In this document: piece by piece, positions 13,460 to 26,500 of the stretch | How the letters are laid out: every line of letters starts with the position of its first letter | How positions within the stretch are numbered: position 1 is the stretch's first letter | Source of the DNA: Geosiphon pyriformis uo1 | Taxonomy: Eukaryota; Fungi; Glomeromycota | Reading direction: 5' to 3' | DNA length: 64,000 bases | Assembly (NCBI GenBank): GCA_016748015.1 | Contig: JAAOMT010000222.1 | Span: 251,924 to 315,923 of the forward strand | Program-made: the position numbers and the translations under genes | The notes under the pieces: model-generated | What the model was told of the DNA's origin: nothing | The model's input: the letters and a program-made list of their open reading frames with translations, nothing else | The model's database searches: none

Positions 13460-14136
13460 ATGATTATTTCCCGAAATATTCAACAAATATCCCAAAAATT
13501 AATGTTAGCTTTGAAAACACTTCCTGACTTATCCATAATGATTAATAGAAGTCAAATTAATTATATTCAGAAAGAAACCACAGCCTCAGTAGTAAATAAT
13601 TCTCAGAATTATCACCTCTATAGAAAAAAAACAAAAAGTTACTCTAGAAATCAATTACCAGAACTTTTGAAGCAAGCACTAAAAGAAAACTTTTTATCTG
13701 TCTCTATTAATATTCTACCAAATGCCACAATGTAACAAAAACTTCTACTATTTCTTAATGAACAGAACAATAAACATACTCTTATATATAGATATTTTTT
13801 TATTGGAAAAACCCTTTATAAACGAAAACTGGAACTTGAAGCAACCAACATCACTTCTGAGACTATACAAAAACAAATTCACAATAAATTCAAGACAGCA
13901 GCTGGACTAACAAACACTTGCTACAAACTTAGAGCAGCTTTTAGACTCTATGATTTGTTCAACACTTGTGAAAATGTCTTACAAAATCCAATACTGCAAC
14001 CAATGAAAGTTTAACACATTGGCAAACTCACAGAACTGAAATTTCAACAATTTTCAGACCAGATTACTTCAATTATCTTGGACCATTATCTTAACATCAC
14101 AGATAGTGCTTGGATTTTGATGGAGCTCAGTCTTGA
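13460..14136 (+). pseudogene. E2 ORF3, unknown protein (frameshifted)
   Basis: Fragments MIISRNIQQISQKL, KNFYYFL, RAAFRLYDLF, GKLTELKFQQFSDQITSIILD and DFDGAQS* align with E3 ORF3. Confidence 0.75.
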
Positions 14137-14147
14137 GGAGAAGATTA

Positions 14148-15116
14148 TGTTACTAGTAGAATTTTAGCTATTAATTAGCATGAAATTACCCTTATAATTT
14201 CTATTATTAATTAGCATATATTATTATCATTTCGATTATTACTTATTATTTAATCAAACTATCAAATATTATTACTCAATCAATAATTTGATTTGTACTC
14301 TAGAAATTAAGATGATCAAATTACACAATACTCTGAACCATTTAACATAGTCAAAATTCGCCAAAATTAATGAAAATTGGCCGAAATAATCAATAGTTTA
14401 GTGAAATAACTTATAGTTTGCCGAAATGTATCTTTAGTTCACCCAAATTGTAGAAAAGAGAAAAGTGCAAGTTTAAAGACTAGTATTACAACAAGTTGTA
14501 TAAAAGAAGAGCTTTTTTTCAAGAAAATGTATCTTCTCATAGTATTTTATTATAACATCCTATTTTAGATATTTTAATTGAAACAAATTATCTTTTATAT
14601 ATTCAAATAAAAATTAAATATTCGAAAACCAAATCCTTAAATTATTTTACTTGAAATTCCCTCAACACAACTAACATTTTGAAATTGATTAGCTACCAAT
14701 TTCAATAAACTATTAATAACTCCAAGCCTGGACAGAAAACGGTTCCCTTGATAAAATCTCATTTCTTTTACATTTTTTTTATTTTTTTTTTATTTTTGTA
14801 TCATAATCATTTGGGTAGTCTACAGATAAAATTCTTATAGAAGAGTTGACTTTTACAGCAAAGTAACTACACATTTTTAGTAAGCTTCCAGATGAGCAAT
14901 TCCTGGGAAAGAGTTGACGTTTACTACAACATAATTACATAAAGCAACTGGTAAGGAATTGGTCATTCCACTTATAAGCCCAGCAGTTCAAATTATAGGA
15001 GATAATTTAAAGATAAATTCAGTTACTGAAGGTCCAATTACTTCCTAGAAACGTGAATTTACAGCAAATCAATATTAACAACATTCAAAAAAAGAGACCA
15101 AAAACCTCTAGTAATA
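14148..15116 (+). repeat. 3' LTR of E2
   Basis: Follows the purine tract GAGGAGAAGA and is a direct repeat of 5238-6209. Confidence 0.96.
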
Positions 15117-18092
15117 GTGTACTTATTTATGTCTAAATAAAACCAGTACAGATTAGTGTTTTTTAAAACTAGTATAGTATTTATAACAGCATTTAGCAAG
15201 TTGGCAGAATTAAAACAAATTACTATACACCTGGTTTAAGTATATATAACAGGATAATAATTGATTATACATGTTTTTCTATCCACAGATTTAATAAAAT
15301 CTCAAATATTATGTGTATTTGTTTTTACTAATAGTATATAAAACAATACTCTATTATAGTTTCTTGTGTTTTTGTTCATATCAGTTTTAACAATCCTTAC
15401 AATATTTTTTCCAATTAAAATAAAATATTTTACAGCAGTCAAATTAGCATAATTAGATTATTTAAATTTAACTACAGTCTTTTGTCATATTCTTATTAAC
15501 TGTATCTTAATTAATGTAATTATTTTAAATTTAGATAGTATAGCATATATAATCTTAGTTGATATTTTAATTGGTATTTTTTTTACTATTATAGTTTGAT
15601 CTAAATACTTAACAGATTTTCTAAAATTAGTGTTTACTAAGATATTTGTACTTCTTATTTTTTTATTGCCTGTATTAAACTTGATTTAAAAGTGAATAAT
15701 GCACAAATAATCTTAGCAAATTTTGAAAAAATAAAAGCTCTTTCAAGTCATTAATTCTAGAAAACAAATTTTTGACTATTTTCAACTTCTTTTGAGATAA
15801 ATTTTTTACTATAATATTTATATTAATATCTAAAATAAAAGATTTTCTAACAGACATATTGACTAGATTTTTTTAAAAAAAAAAATCACAAGAACATTTA
15901 AGAAAATATCATCTTTATCTTCACTTAAAAACTTGATTTTTCTCAAAGGTGTGTTTAATGTTTTTATGATTACTAATTTAAGTTTTTTAAGTATTTAATC
16001 TAAGTTGTTCTTTTTTAAAATATTTTTTCATCATAATTTATACTGGTTTTTTCTACTAAAAACTTTTTTTCTATATTAACATTATTGGATTTAATAATAT
16101 TGTCAATCTTAAATCCTTAAAAACAATCAACTATTTTTTTGGCAAATGACTTTTTATTATTAACAATACTATTTTCTAAAGCATTATTCTTTTTCTTTTT
16201 TCCGAAAAAAATATTTCTGTTAACAATATTAGAACCAAAAATTCTGGCAAATTTTTTTATAATAGCAACATTAAGACTAACAATGATTTCATAGTTAAGC
16301 AGAAATAATTTAGATTTATTGAAACAAATAGTGTATATTAACAACTAAAAAAACTTTTTTATTAAAATTAAAACTCTTTAATAATTATTAAAATAAACAA
16401 AAAAAAAAGTTTTTTTTAATAATATTTAAAAACAATTTCTAATTAACAAAATTTTTTTAAATAAATAGCTTTTATTTTAATGTTTAGTATTACTTTTAAG
16501 ATTAAATTAGTCTTTGTTAATTTTTGTTTTACTTATTGTCTAGTTTTTTTTATTTTATTTATTGTTTAGTTTTATTAAATTAAAGTTTTTTTTAAAAAAC
16601 AATATTAAGTTGTTTTGTATAAATTTTGTTTTTTTAGCTTACTTAAATATTGTATTAAATTTGTTATTAATAAATTTTTTTTGTTTATATTTAAGATTAC
16701 AAAATTTTTAGTAATTGTTTTTCTTTTTTTTATTATATTTTAATATATTTTTTTTAATATATTTTCTAATAATATTAAAAATACTATTACAAATTAAAAT
16801 ATAAACTAATAAATAACAAAATAAAACAAGATTATATGAAAAAAAAACTTTTTTCTTTTTTTAGTTCAAAATTTCCAAAAAAGAATCAAAAGTTTTTTGA
16901 AAAAAGTTTTTTACAATTCAGTACAATAAATCCAAATCTTTCTTGCTTGATTACAAGACCACTATTGACTATAGTATTGCCATTATAAAGAAATCTGCTA
17001 AGGACTTTGATGTTGAAACTGTTAGCAAGAATATTGCCTCTAAAAAAAAAAGAAAAAAAAATGTTCTAAAAGATAGTACTGCTCATGAAATAATTTTGTC
17101 TAATAAGATAGTTGGTAGTTCTTAAAAGTTTAAAGCTAATAATACTACCAAATCTGATAGTGTTAATATAAAGGAGAAGTGTCTAGTAGAAAAAACCAGT
17201 GTGGATTATGGTGAGAAGATTTTGTTTAATAAGGATAATTCCAGCCAGATGCCAAAAAATCCAAGATTGGTGATGAAAAAAACTTTGGATACACCATTAG
17301 AAAAGATTAATTTCTTGGATAATGTTGATGATGATAATATTCTCTTGGATGCTTCTGTGGTTTTCACTCTTCCACTAAAAAATCTGGTCAATGTGTCTGT
17401 TAGGAAATCTTTTACTTTAGATATTGGCCTGGACTAAATTGTTGGTAAATCATCTCAAAAAAAGCTTAGGACTATTAAGAAATTGTTTTTAAAAATTAAT
17501 GGTTTTGGGGGGAGAAGGCCTTTACTTTCTCAAAATTTTCTGGGATCATTTATGTCTTCTTTACATCTGAATTGAATCTAACACAGGCCACAGAAAAAGC
17601 AAAAGTAGTGAATATTTTGGTATATACTGATTTGAAAAAATCCATAATACATTCAGATTAAGCTATAATAATAATAAAAATTCTGGTTAGAACATCTGCT
17701 GAGGCTGTGCATACTGCACTATCTAAATTTGAAATGATTAAGTTGATCAAAATACAATTGGTAGGGCTGTGGCAGAAGGCAGTAATAGAATTTAAGCAAT
17801 TGGATTACACTAATTTGATCACAGCTGAGTAGTCTATCCTAATCAGAAAAAATATTATGCATATGGCCAGAGCTAATATTGACAAAAAATTTTGAAATGC
17901 TAGAGACAATCATAGGGCACTGCTCTATACTCTGTCTGTGTAAACAAATATACATAATATTTGGAATTTTATTGGTTTGATTGGTAGAAAGACATGTATT
18001 ATCAATCATTATTTGGTTACATATGTGAAAACTAAGTGTGTTGTCATCTGTTTTAGTACTGCTGAAACACTAAATGTTATTATGAAAACCAT

Positions 18093-19077
18093 TGTTACCT
18101 GAGGTTTTTGGTCTCTTTTTAGCTCTTGTATGTTTGTTGTAATGCTGTTAATTTACGACTATGGAAAGTGTTTGAACCTCCGATAACTGAATTTTTATCT
18201 TCAAATTATCTCCTATAATTTGAACTGCTGGGCTTATAAGTAAAATGGCCAATTCTATGCCAGTTGCTTCATGTAGTTATGTTGTAGTAAACATCAATTC
18301 TATCCTAGGAATTGCTCGTTTGGAAGCTCACTAAAAATGTGTAGTTACTTTGCTGTGAAAGTCAACTTTTTTACAGAAATCTCGTCTGTAGGCTACCCTA
18401 ATGATTATAATAAAAAAATAAAAAAAAAGTAAAAAAAAAGTAAAAGAAATTGAATTCTGTCAAAGGAAACGTTTTCTATCCAGGCCTGAAGTCACTAACA
18501 GTTTTTTACTGAAATTGGTAGCTAATCAATTTCAAAATGTTAGTTGGGTTTTGGGGATTTTCCAAGTGCAATAATTAAAGAATTTGGTTTTTTGAATTAT
18601 TTAATATTTTATTTCTTTTTGTGTGTATAGGAATGGTTCTAAGTGATAAATCTAAAGTAAGATACATTTTTTTGAAGAGAAAAGCTCTTTTTTTATACAA
18701 CTTGTCATAACACTATTTTATGAACTTGAACTTTGCTCTTTTCTACAATTTTGCTGAACTAAAGATACATTTTGGTGAACTACAAGTTATTTCTGTGAAC
18801 TATTAGATATTTTGGTAAACTATCAATTATTTTGGCAAATTTTTACAAATTTTGGCGAACTTTTTGAATGTTACATAGTTCGGGGTATTGCATAATTAAT
18901 TATTGCAATTAGGTTACATTTATGTTATGTGCAAATTGGGTTATTAATTAAATGATAATTTTGGATATTTTGCTAATGTAATAAGTAATAATTTGAACAA
19001 TAATATATGTTAATTAATAATAGGAATTATAAAGATAATTTCATGCTAAATAATATCTCTAATTTTGTCTGGTAACA
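18093..19077 (-). repeat. Solo LTR, family B
   Basis: Reverse complement of the E2 LTR, TGTTA...TAACA, with TSD CCAT at 18089-18092 and 19078-19081. Removal restores the LINE ORF1 frame (MKTILVLRD). Confidence 0.95.
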
Positions 19078-22000
19078 CCATATTAGTGTTAAGAGATACC
19101 AATTTGTGTTGGTCTTATCTTGTTCCTGCCAAGTGTACCAAGTATGAAAAATCTGGTCATATATTATTGAAGTGTATTATTGGTGAGAAAACTTCATTTG
19201 GTAATTTGCCATACAGAGTTTTTTTGAAGCCAATAAAAGCAGGCTGGCCATTATTTATGCCAAGTGGTTGGCTCCTGTGGCTCGTTTCATTTCTTTTGAA
19301 AATAATTCTTGGACAAAGATTATTAGTAAGTCTTTTCTACTTTTTTCTTTGGTATGAAATAATTTGGCAGGTTCTGGCTTCTCTTTGGAGATGAAGCCAT
19401 CTCTACCAGTTGCAATAGAAGTAAACAATAGGTTTGCCACTTCTGAACATAGTTTTACTAGTCTTATAGAGCAAATTGATAAGCTGGCTAAGAGATTAAA
19501 TATACTTGAGCCAGTGGTTTTTTAGCTTAGTCCTGGATGTCAACTATTGGTAATCTCTTTGTCACAGAATCAAGAAACAAATATAGTAATGAATAAGGAT
19601 TTGGGTGCAGCCACTAGTAATGAAATTGTTGTAAGAACAGTATTTTTGGATATGTCTTTGGTGTTTAGATTGAATGATAGTATGAAGTATCTAATAGAAA
19701 TAGTTATAAGCTTTTTGGCCAAAATAAACAATTATGGTATGAATTCAAATTTTCTTTTTTTTCAATGAGTGGTCTTATTTGAAAAGTAGCTACATGTAAT
19801 GTTAGGAGTATAAACAATTTTGTTAAGCAAGCAGATGTTATTTGCTGACATAAGAACATGAACAATTTAATTTTGATAATTACTAAAACAAAGCTGAAAA
19901 GAAAAGTTTATCCATAGATTGCTGGCAAGTTTGATGGTGTTTATGTGTTTACTTCAGGCTTGAACTTCTAGTATTTAGGTTCTGGAGTTGTAATTATTAT
20001 AAATGTTACTTTGGCAAAACATGTATGCAAGATTTCAAAGATTGCTAATAGGCTTTTGTCTATTAAGCTGCTTTTTAAGAATAAGTTATTAGTTTTAATT
20101 CTGGAGCTTTATGCTAGTGCTGTGTTGGTTGTGTATTTGTTTCAGACTAGAAAGATTAACTTTTTGATTGCAAAAGTGGTAAATAAGTTTTTTTTTGTTA
20201 TTTTAAGTAGGGATTTCAATAAAAATAGTTTGCACAGGTGTGCTAGTTTTAGGAAATGTTTTAATTTAGGACTGGTAAACTCTCTGTCAAAAAGTTTAGT
20301 TGTGAAGAGTTCTACATGGAAAAATTTAAAAAGTTTCGAAAAAATAATAAACTATGTGTTTGTGTCCTTAAATTTGGTTAAAGCAGTAGTAAATTATGAT
20401 GTTTTGGATGTCAGTAAACACTTCAACACTGATTACTGAGCTGTTTTTGTGTTCATGAATTTGGGTGGTCTGTTGAATTCACAGTTGAACTCTCTTTACA
20501 AACAAGCAAATAGAGATTGTTGGAAATTTGATATCAAAAATGTCAGTAAGGCAGAGTAATACAAGTTTAAAGAGTTTATGGCAGCTAATGTATCATTGTT
20601 TTCTGATAAGTTTGATGTTTCTAAGGGGTTTTCAGATCTAAATGCTATGTAGAATATTGTTTACAAAGTAATGTATCTTTCAGCAAATAAAGTCTTTAAG
20701 AAAAAGTGGTTTAAGAACTATGATAGTGTTTTTACCAAGAATTCTTCTAAGTTTTATAAGCTACTAAATAACTTATTAATAAGTAATTATAATGAGAAAT
20801 TTTGTGTTAAGAATTGTTAAGTCTTCACATAAAGATATTAATAATGCTTTTAAATTTTTGATAAACTACTGAGTGACTTTAGATATTGATAAGACTTTAT
20901 CTGTTTAAACTCTGTTGAATTCTGGTGCAGATCTTGATCATGTATATTTAGCTCTTTTCAGTATAAAGAAATCATATTGTGCTTCCAAGTTTGCTAAGTT
21001 TTTGCAGGCCAAGGAGTCATAAATTAAGTTAGTTATCGATAAGTAGATGAAAAATTTTGCAGTCAATAAGAGTCACACAATCAAGAGCATGCTAGAGCAT
21101 TTGTTTTGAAAAGTAGTTTTGGACTATTTGATCATTAAAAATAAACTGGTTCTAAAACTTAATCTGGTTAAGACCAAAGTGGATATAATTATGAAAAGCT
21201 GAACTAGAAAGCATAATGTGGTGGCAGATTTCTTTGATGATTGGTCTCATCAATATTGGCCTTTGAAATATGTTTTTGATAATGCTTTTTTAAATATGAT
21301 GTGTTTAGTTAGTTTTAATGAGTTGTTCGGTATGGTTTCTAAGCTGCCTGATAACAAAGCTGCTGGTTTTTCTGGAGTCTCAAATGAGTTCTGGAAGTGT
21401 TGCAACAAATTGGTTTTGAATATGCTTTTGGTGATTTTGAATTTTTGTTTGACTTATAAATTGGTGCCTAGAGCTTGGAAAAAAGCTTGGGTCTCAATAA
21501 TTCCCAAGTCATATGAGTGAAAAAGAGTTTTTATGAATGCTTAACCTATTGCTTTGATTGAAACTGCCCGTAAAATTCTTTCTAAGATTTTTTTAAACAG
21601 AATCTCTTCAGTATATGATGCTTATAATGTTTTATGAGGAGACAATTTTTCAGTTTTAAAAGATATAATAACACAATCTTCCATTTTTGCCATTGGTTCA
21701 GTTATTAAGAATGCTTTGAAGAAGAACCACAAACTCTGATTGGTTTTGCAGGATATGCAAAAAGTCTATAATTCTGTTGAATAGAAACATCTTAGGAAAA
21801 GCTTGGTTAGGATAAAAATATGTAACAGGTTTATTAGATTTATCAATGGCATTTACAATAATTGTGTCAACAGAGTTATGACTGATTTTGGATTAATAGA
21901 TAAATATTGGGTATATGATAGTCTGGATCAGAAAGAAGTGTTCTTACCTTTACTCTGGTACATATTTTATGATTTTCTTTTGTGTAAAGTCAAGAGACTG

Positions 22001-22602
22001 GAAAACATATGTGAATACAGATTGGATTCTTATCTTGTTGCTAAAACTGGTCACATAGAATCTCAGATTGAATTGACATCTTTTTTTGCTGCTGGTGCTT
22101 TTGTCGATAACACAATTTGGGTTAGGAATAGTCAGACTGCTATTCAGTACATTTTAGACATAGCAAGTGATTTTTTTAAAATTAATAATATTTCAATTAA
22201 TAATAAAAAGATGATAGCCATTCTTATTAACTAAAAAGTTTAAGATGTTTTACTGTCAACTAGTGGTCTGTCAATATTAGTTGTAAGGAAGAAAGAATCT
22301 CATAGATATCTGGGTATTTTTTTGTCTTCTAAGAGCTTATCCAGACCTAGCTTAGTAAAAGCCCACTTGGATATCAGGTTTTTTACTAATATGGTTTTGA
22401 AGAAAACTATTTTAGATAAGCAATTTCTGTATTTGGTTTTGGCAGTGGTGCATTTTATTATTGGATACAGAATCTAGTTCAGTTTTATCTCTAAAAGTGT
22501 GTACAATAAATGAGACATGGCAATCAGAAAAAATTTGAGAATAAAGACTGGCTTGCCTAAAGATTTTTCCAATAAGACTATTCATTATCCATTTTTATAT
22601 GG

Positions 22603-23468
22603 TGTTATTCATAAATTATAAGGATATAAATTAGCCAATCAGAGTAGATGTAGTAAATGTGGAATTTCAGAATTCCTCTGAGGAATTGCAAGATTCCAGG
22701 AATTTTAGGATTCTCTATTGAGGAATCGCAGGATTCCAAGAATTTCAGAATTCTCTATTGAGGAATCACAGGATTTCAGAATTCCAGAATTCCTCTCATC
22801 AGGAATTGCAGGATTCCAGAAATCTCAGGATTCCTATTGTGAAGGTTAGAAACAGAAAGAGACATCCAGTTTAGATTTAATCTAAGCAATCTTCCATATC
22901 ACAAATATCAAATAAATAATTATTCACTATCTCAAATTCATTCTCAACTATCAACATTTCATGTTGATAGTAGTGCATACTTAACCATACTAGAACAATA
23001 GCTCTTGATCACGGCTATTAATGGGATACAAATCAGAATTGCCTTGGCTTATTTGCTTTATTTCATTTTCATTTTTTTTTTCTTTTCTTTTCTCTTCTGT
23101 CTTTATTTTTGTTGTTGTATATTAAATTAATTAAAAGCACTGAGTTATTGACATTATGGATAGCCTGGTAAAAAACCCAGAAATAAGGGTAGAATTTTAT
23201 ATATTATCAAATAGCTTACCAGAAGGACATGACTGCCAGAATAAATCTGGCCTCCATGCTGAGAAAGAAATTGAACGGAATTGCAATTCCAAAGACTATT
23301 ACAATTACAATTGAATCTCTATTCATTATACAAAGAACTCAACCAAAACTTTCAGATATCAAAACCTTCAGATTACCCATACCAACATCAACAGAAATCA
23401 ATAGCTTTTAAGCACCAAGTTATGGGTTTTGTTATTTATTTTCACGCCAGAAATAATCACCTGTAACA
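22603..23468 (+). repeat. 5' LTR of E3
   Basis: TGTTATTC...CCTGTAACA, direct repeat of 30053-30953 with indels. Confidence 0.95.
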
Positions 23469-23470
23469 TT

Positions 23471-23487
23471 TGGTGCTCTCTGTGAGG
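23471..23487 (+). promoter_or_regulatory. Primer binding site of E3 (tRNA 3'-end complement, possibly elongator Met)
   Basis: TGGTGCTCTCTGTGAGG, identical at 62053-62069. The tRNA identity is an inference. Confidence 0.85.
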
Positions 23488-23530
23488 TATAATCCTACAG
23501 AAAACCAGCACCAACAAATACCATCCAAAA

Positions 23531-26500
23531 GTGGCAGAATCAGAAAATATAGGAGCAAACCATTTAGGATTTGCAAAATTCTTATTTCAACACTATTGTT
23601 AATACTTGGGATTAAACCACAATCATATATCTGCCAAATCAGCTTTCAATTTTTATGTCAATGAAAAGATTTTCTCTTTATTAGGAACACCAGTGAATAC
23701 TAAATCAGTGAGGGAAACTTTCTATAGAGAATTAATTCAAAATACCAACCTGCCAACAAATCACAATTTTGCCTCCATCATTACTGAGATCAACAAAGAA
23801 ATTAAACATCACACCCAACAAAGATATCTAATTACTTACACTAATAAAGGCAAAGGAAAACTACAAACACCAGCGGTAACACCCAAAAAGATACAACCAC
23901 CCACTTGGAAGAAAACAAGAGTTGAATCACCAACTGCCTCATCTTATCACTACACACTGGGAAGTGCTATCAATATAACATCAGCAAGCATGTCCATATC
24001 AAATGCGATATCAACATTCGGACAATTCCCATTCCAAAGTAAACAAAGAAAAACAGATCTATTAGAATCATACAGTGAATATTTTGAGAGATTTAAATCA
24101 CGATTACCAACTCCATCAGGAAGTCAATCACTGCCACTTCAACCAGACTTTGGAACTGCTACCCTGTGGGAACTATTTGAAGAAAAAGAGGAAGAAGAAT
24201 TGGAAGATCAAGAATTTACTTACCAAAACCTAATCACTAAAAACCCGGAAGTTGAAACCCCAAATCTTCAAACTCAGCAAAATCTAAATCTAGAAAATTC
24301 GGAAATAGAAACTCTGAATCATCAAAGGCAGAACAATCTAAACCCCAAATTAATTAATCAGCAAAACTTACCTTTAGTAATTGTCATTAATCAACTGTTG
24401 ATTAATCCAATAGCCGAACCCATACAGCAGCCACTTCAAAGTTCCTTCAAGAGAGAAACCATTGATAGAGCTGGAGAAAGAAAAAAAGAAGCCAATCTGA
24501 GAAGCTTATCAAGTCTCATGGGCCAACAACGACCACAACAAATTGCCACCCGTACTCTCATAGAATGACAAAAGAAAAAGGAAAGAAGAAGAAGAACTTA
24601 CTTAGGGAACAAACCAAGGATCGTGGAGTGATGATGGCCAAAGCAAACCAGCCACTGAATGGAGTTGGAAAGAAAAGGGGAAAAGAAAGAAACAGGAAGA
24701 AGAACCAAAACAAACCACCACCTCCACTCATATTTCATATGCGACATAACCTCAAAACGCTTACTATTGACCCAAACTTGTATGTGTTAGTTGTGGCAAG
24801 AAACTGTCAACAATGGGCACATGCTGTAGTAAAGATGAAGAATGGACAACAGCAACCGAGTACTACTGTTACCCATGCATTCTTGAATGCAATGGATGAC
24901 TGCCAAAAATAAGAAAATGGGACAGCATCTTGTGTTTAGCTTGTGGAGATACCCTCTTAGATAAAGAAATGTAGAAAGACATTCCTGGAAGAAGAGGAGC
25001 ATGCGATAAGACATGCCAATACACCATCCTGATCAATGACTGGGTATAAAAGGGAACTCCCATCAACGACACCTGGAAGTGAACATTAAGACGCCTGGAA
25101 GGATACTCACATGACAAAGATGAGATCTGGAGAATGGCATATGCTATGTTAAAAGGCACTACAACAGAGGAGCTAAGAGAAATTAAAAACAACCCACTAT
25201 CCTTACCTGAGCCTAAATATGTCCAAACCTTTGATGCCTTCAGTAACATTGAAGACAATCCAAAGGAATTTTATGAGCACTACCAGTGACTAGCACCTAC
25301 AAGAAAAGAACAAGAAAAGCGCTTAGCATAGTTAAACACCCAGCTATGTGATTACTGTTTAATTCCATGTGACTTTCAATATTGTAATGAGTGTGACTTC
25401 ATTTACAATCTACCACCACGCATGATCTACACGATCCCTGAAAAGGAAGAACCAATTAGCAACTGTGCATCAGAATCAGAATCAATGTTCAATCCCAATT
25501 CAAACTCCAACAACAACAATGACAAAAACAATAGTTTAAGCTCCAATCAAAATGGCAATATTAAAAGCAATGACTTCAACTCAAATTCAAACCCCAATTC
25601 AAATCACAAACAATATATCGCACTCCTTGATCTCTCCAAAGAACAAGAGCTCAAATGGTTTAGTAATAATGGTGAAGGTATCATGCTGGAATGCATGCAT
25701 AATACGGATGCAGAATTTGATCTAAGATATTTAGGAAAAAATGCCATCAAATTGGAACCAAATGCACGAGTATACATTGATTTAAAAATAGCTCTAGAGA
25801 TTCCAGCAACAACTATGGTTTTTTTAGCATCTAGGAATAGTTTAGCAAAAAAGGGGATTAATATTAGAGGGAGAATAGTGGATGCAGGATATACAAGAAA
25901 TATCAGCGCTATGCTACAAAATGATTCAGAAAAGACCTATACAATTGAGCCAAATGAAAAGATAGCACAGACCATATTCCTGCCATTAGTCAAAATAACC
26001 AGCTTAGTAGAAGTAAAAACAAGGGAGGAATTGGGAATAACAGCAAGAGAGATACAGAGATTTGGATCCACAGGTAGAATAAATGTGCCAGTCAATATGG
26101 CCAAAGAAGAAATTGGTAACAAGGGAGAAATTATCTCCACTGGCCAACCAATTTTCATTCCATCATATGACTAGCACATAGTAGTTATAGAACAAAAAGT
26201 AAGAGATCAGGATCAAATTTTTGAAGCAGAGTCAGCTCTTTGTGAATCAGGAAAGATTGGACTTGTCAATCTTTACATACCAGCCAAGAACCATAACCAC
26301 ATCAAAATTCCTATTTACAACAATACTAAAAGTCTTATTGAGATCCCAGCAGAAACAATCATTGGATACTTAAGCACAAAGGTAGAAGACCAGCCACCAC
26401 ATTCTATTCCAGACTTTTCACAATTGTGTAGATACATTGATATTATATCACAGATAATATACAGACAAAGTGAATGTTACTTGCTCCAACCAGAACAATT

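Larger units (their letters stand above)
5238..15116 (+). mobile_element. Full-length Ty3/Gypsy LTR retrotransposon E2 (family B), 9.9 kb, inactivated by stop codons
   Basis: Paired LTRs 5238-6209 and 14148-15116, 4-bp TSD GTGT (5234-5237 and 15117-15120), PBS at 6212, PPT at ~14135-14144, and all Gag/Pol motifs. Confidence 0.97.
4897..16410 (-). mobile_element. LINE copy A (ORF1 region only in view: 15117-16410 and 4897-5237), interrupted by E2 and E1
   Basis: Reverse-strand translation matches ORF1 of the other LINE copies. Removing E2 plus one GTGT restores ...NLYWFYLDINKYTKYKKLGYT..., the decayed ORF1 zinc knuckle. The 5' boundary is approximate. Confidence 0.85.

Noticed and set aside
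13460-14136. ORF3 as a retroviral env
   Set aside because: Too short, with no signal peptide, furin site or transmembrane anchor visible.
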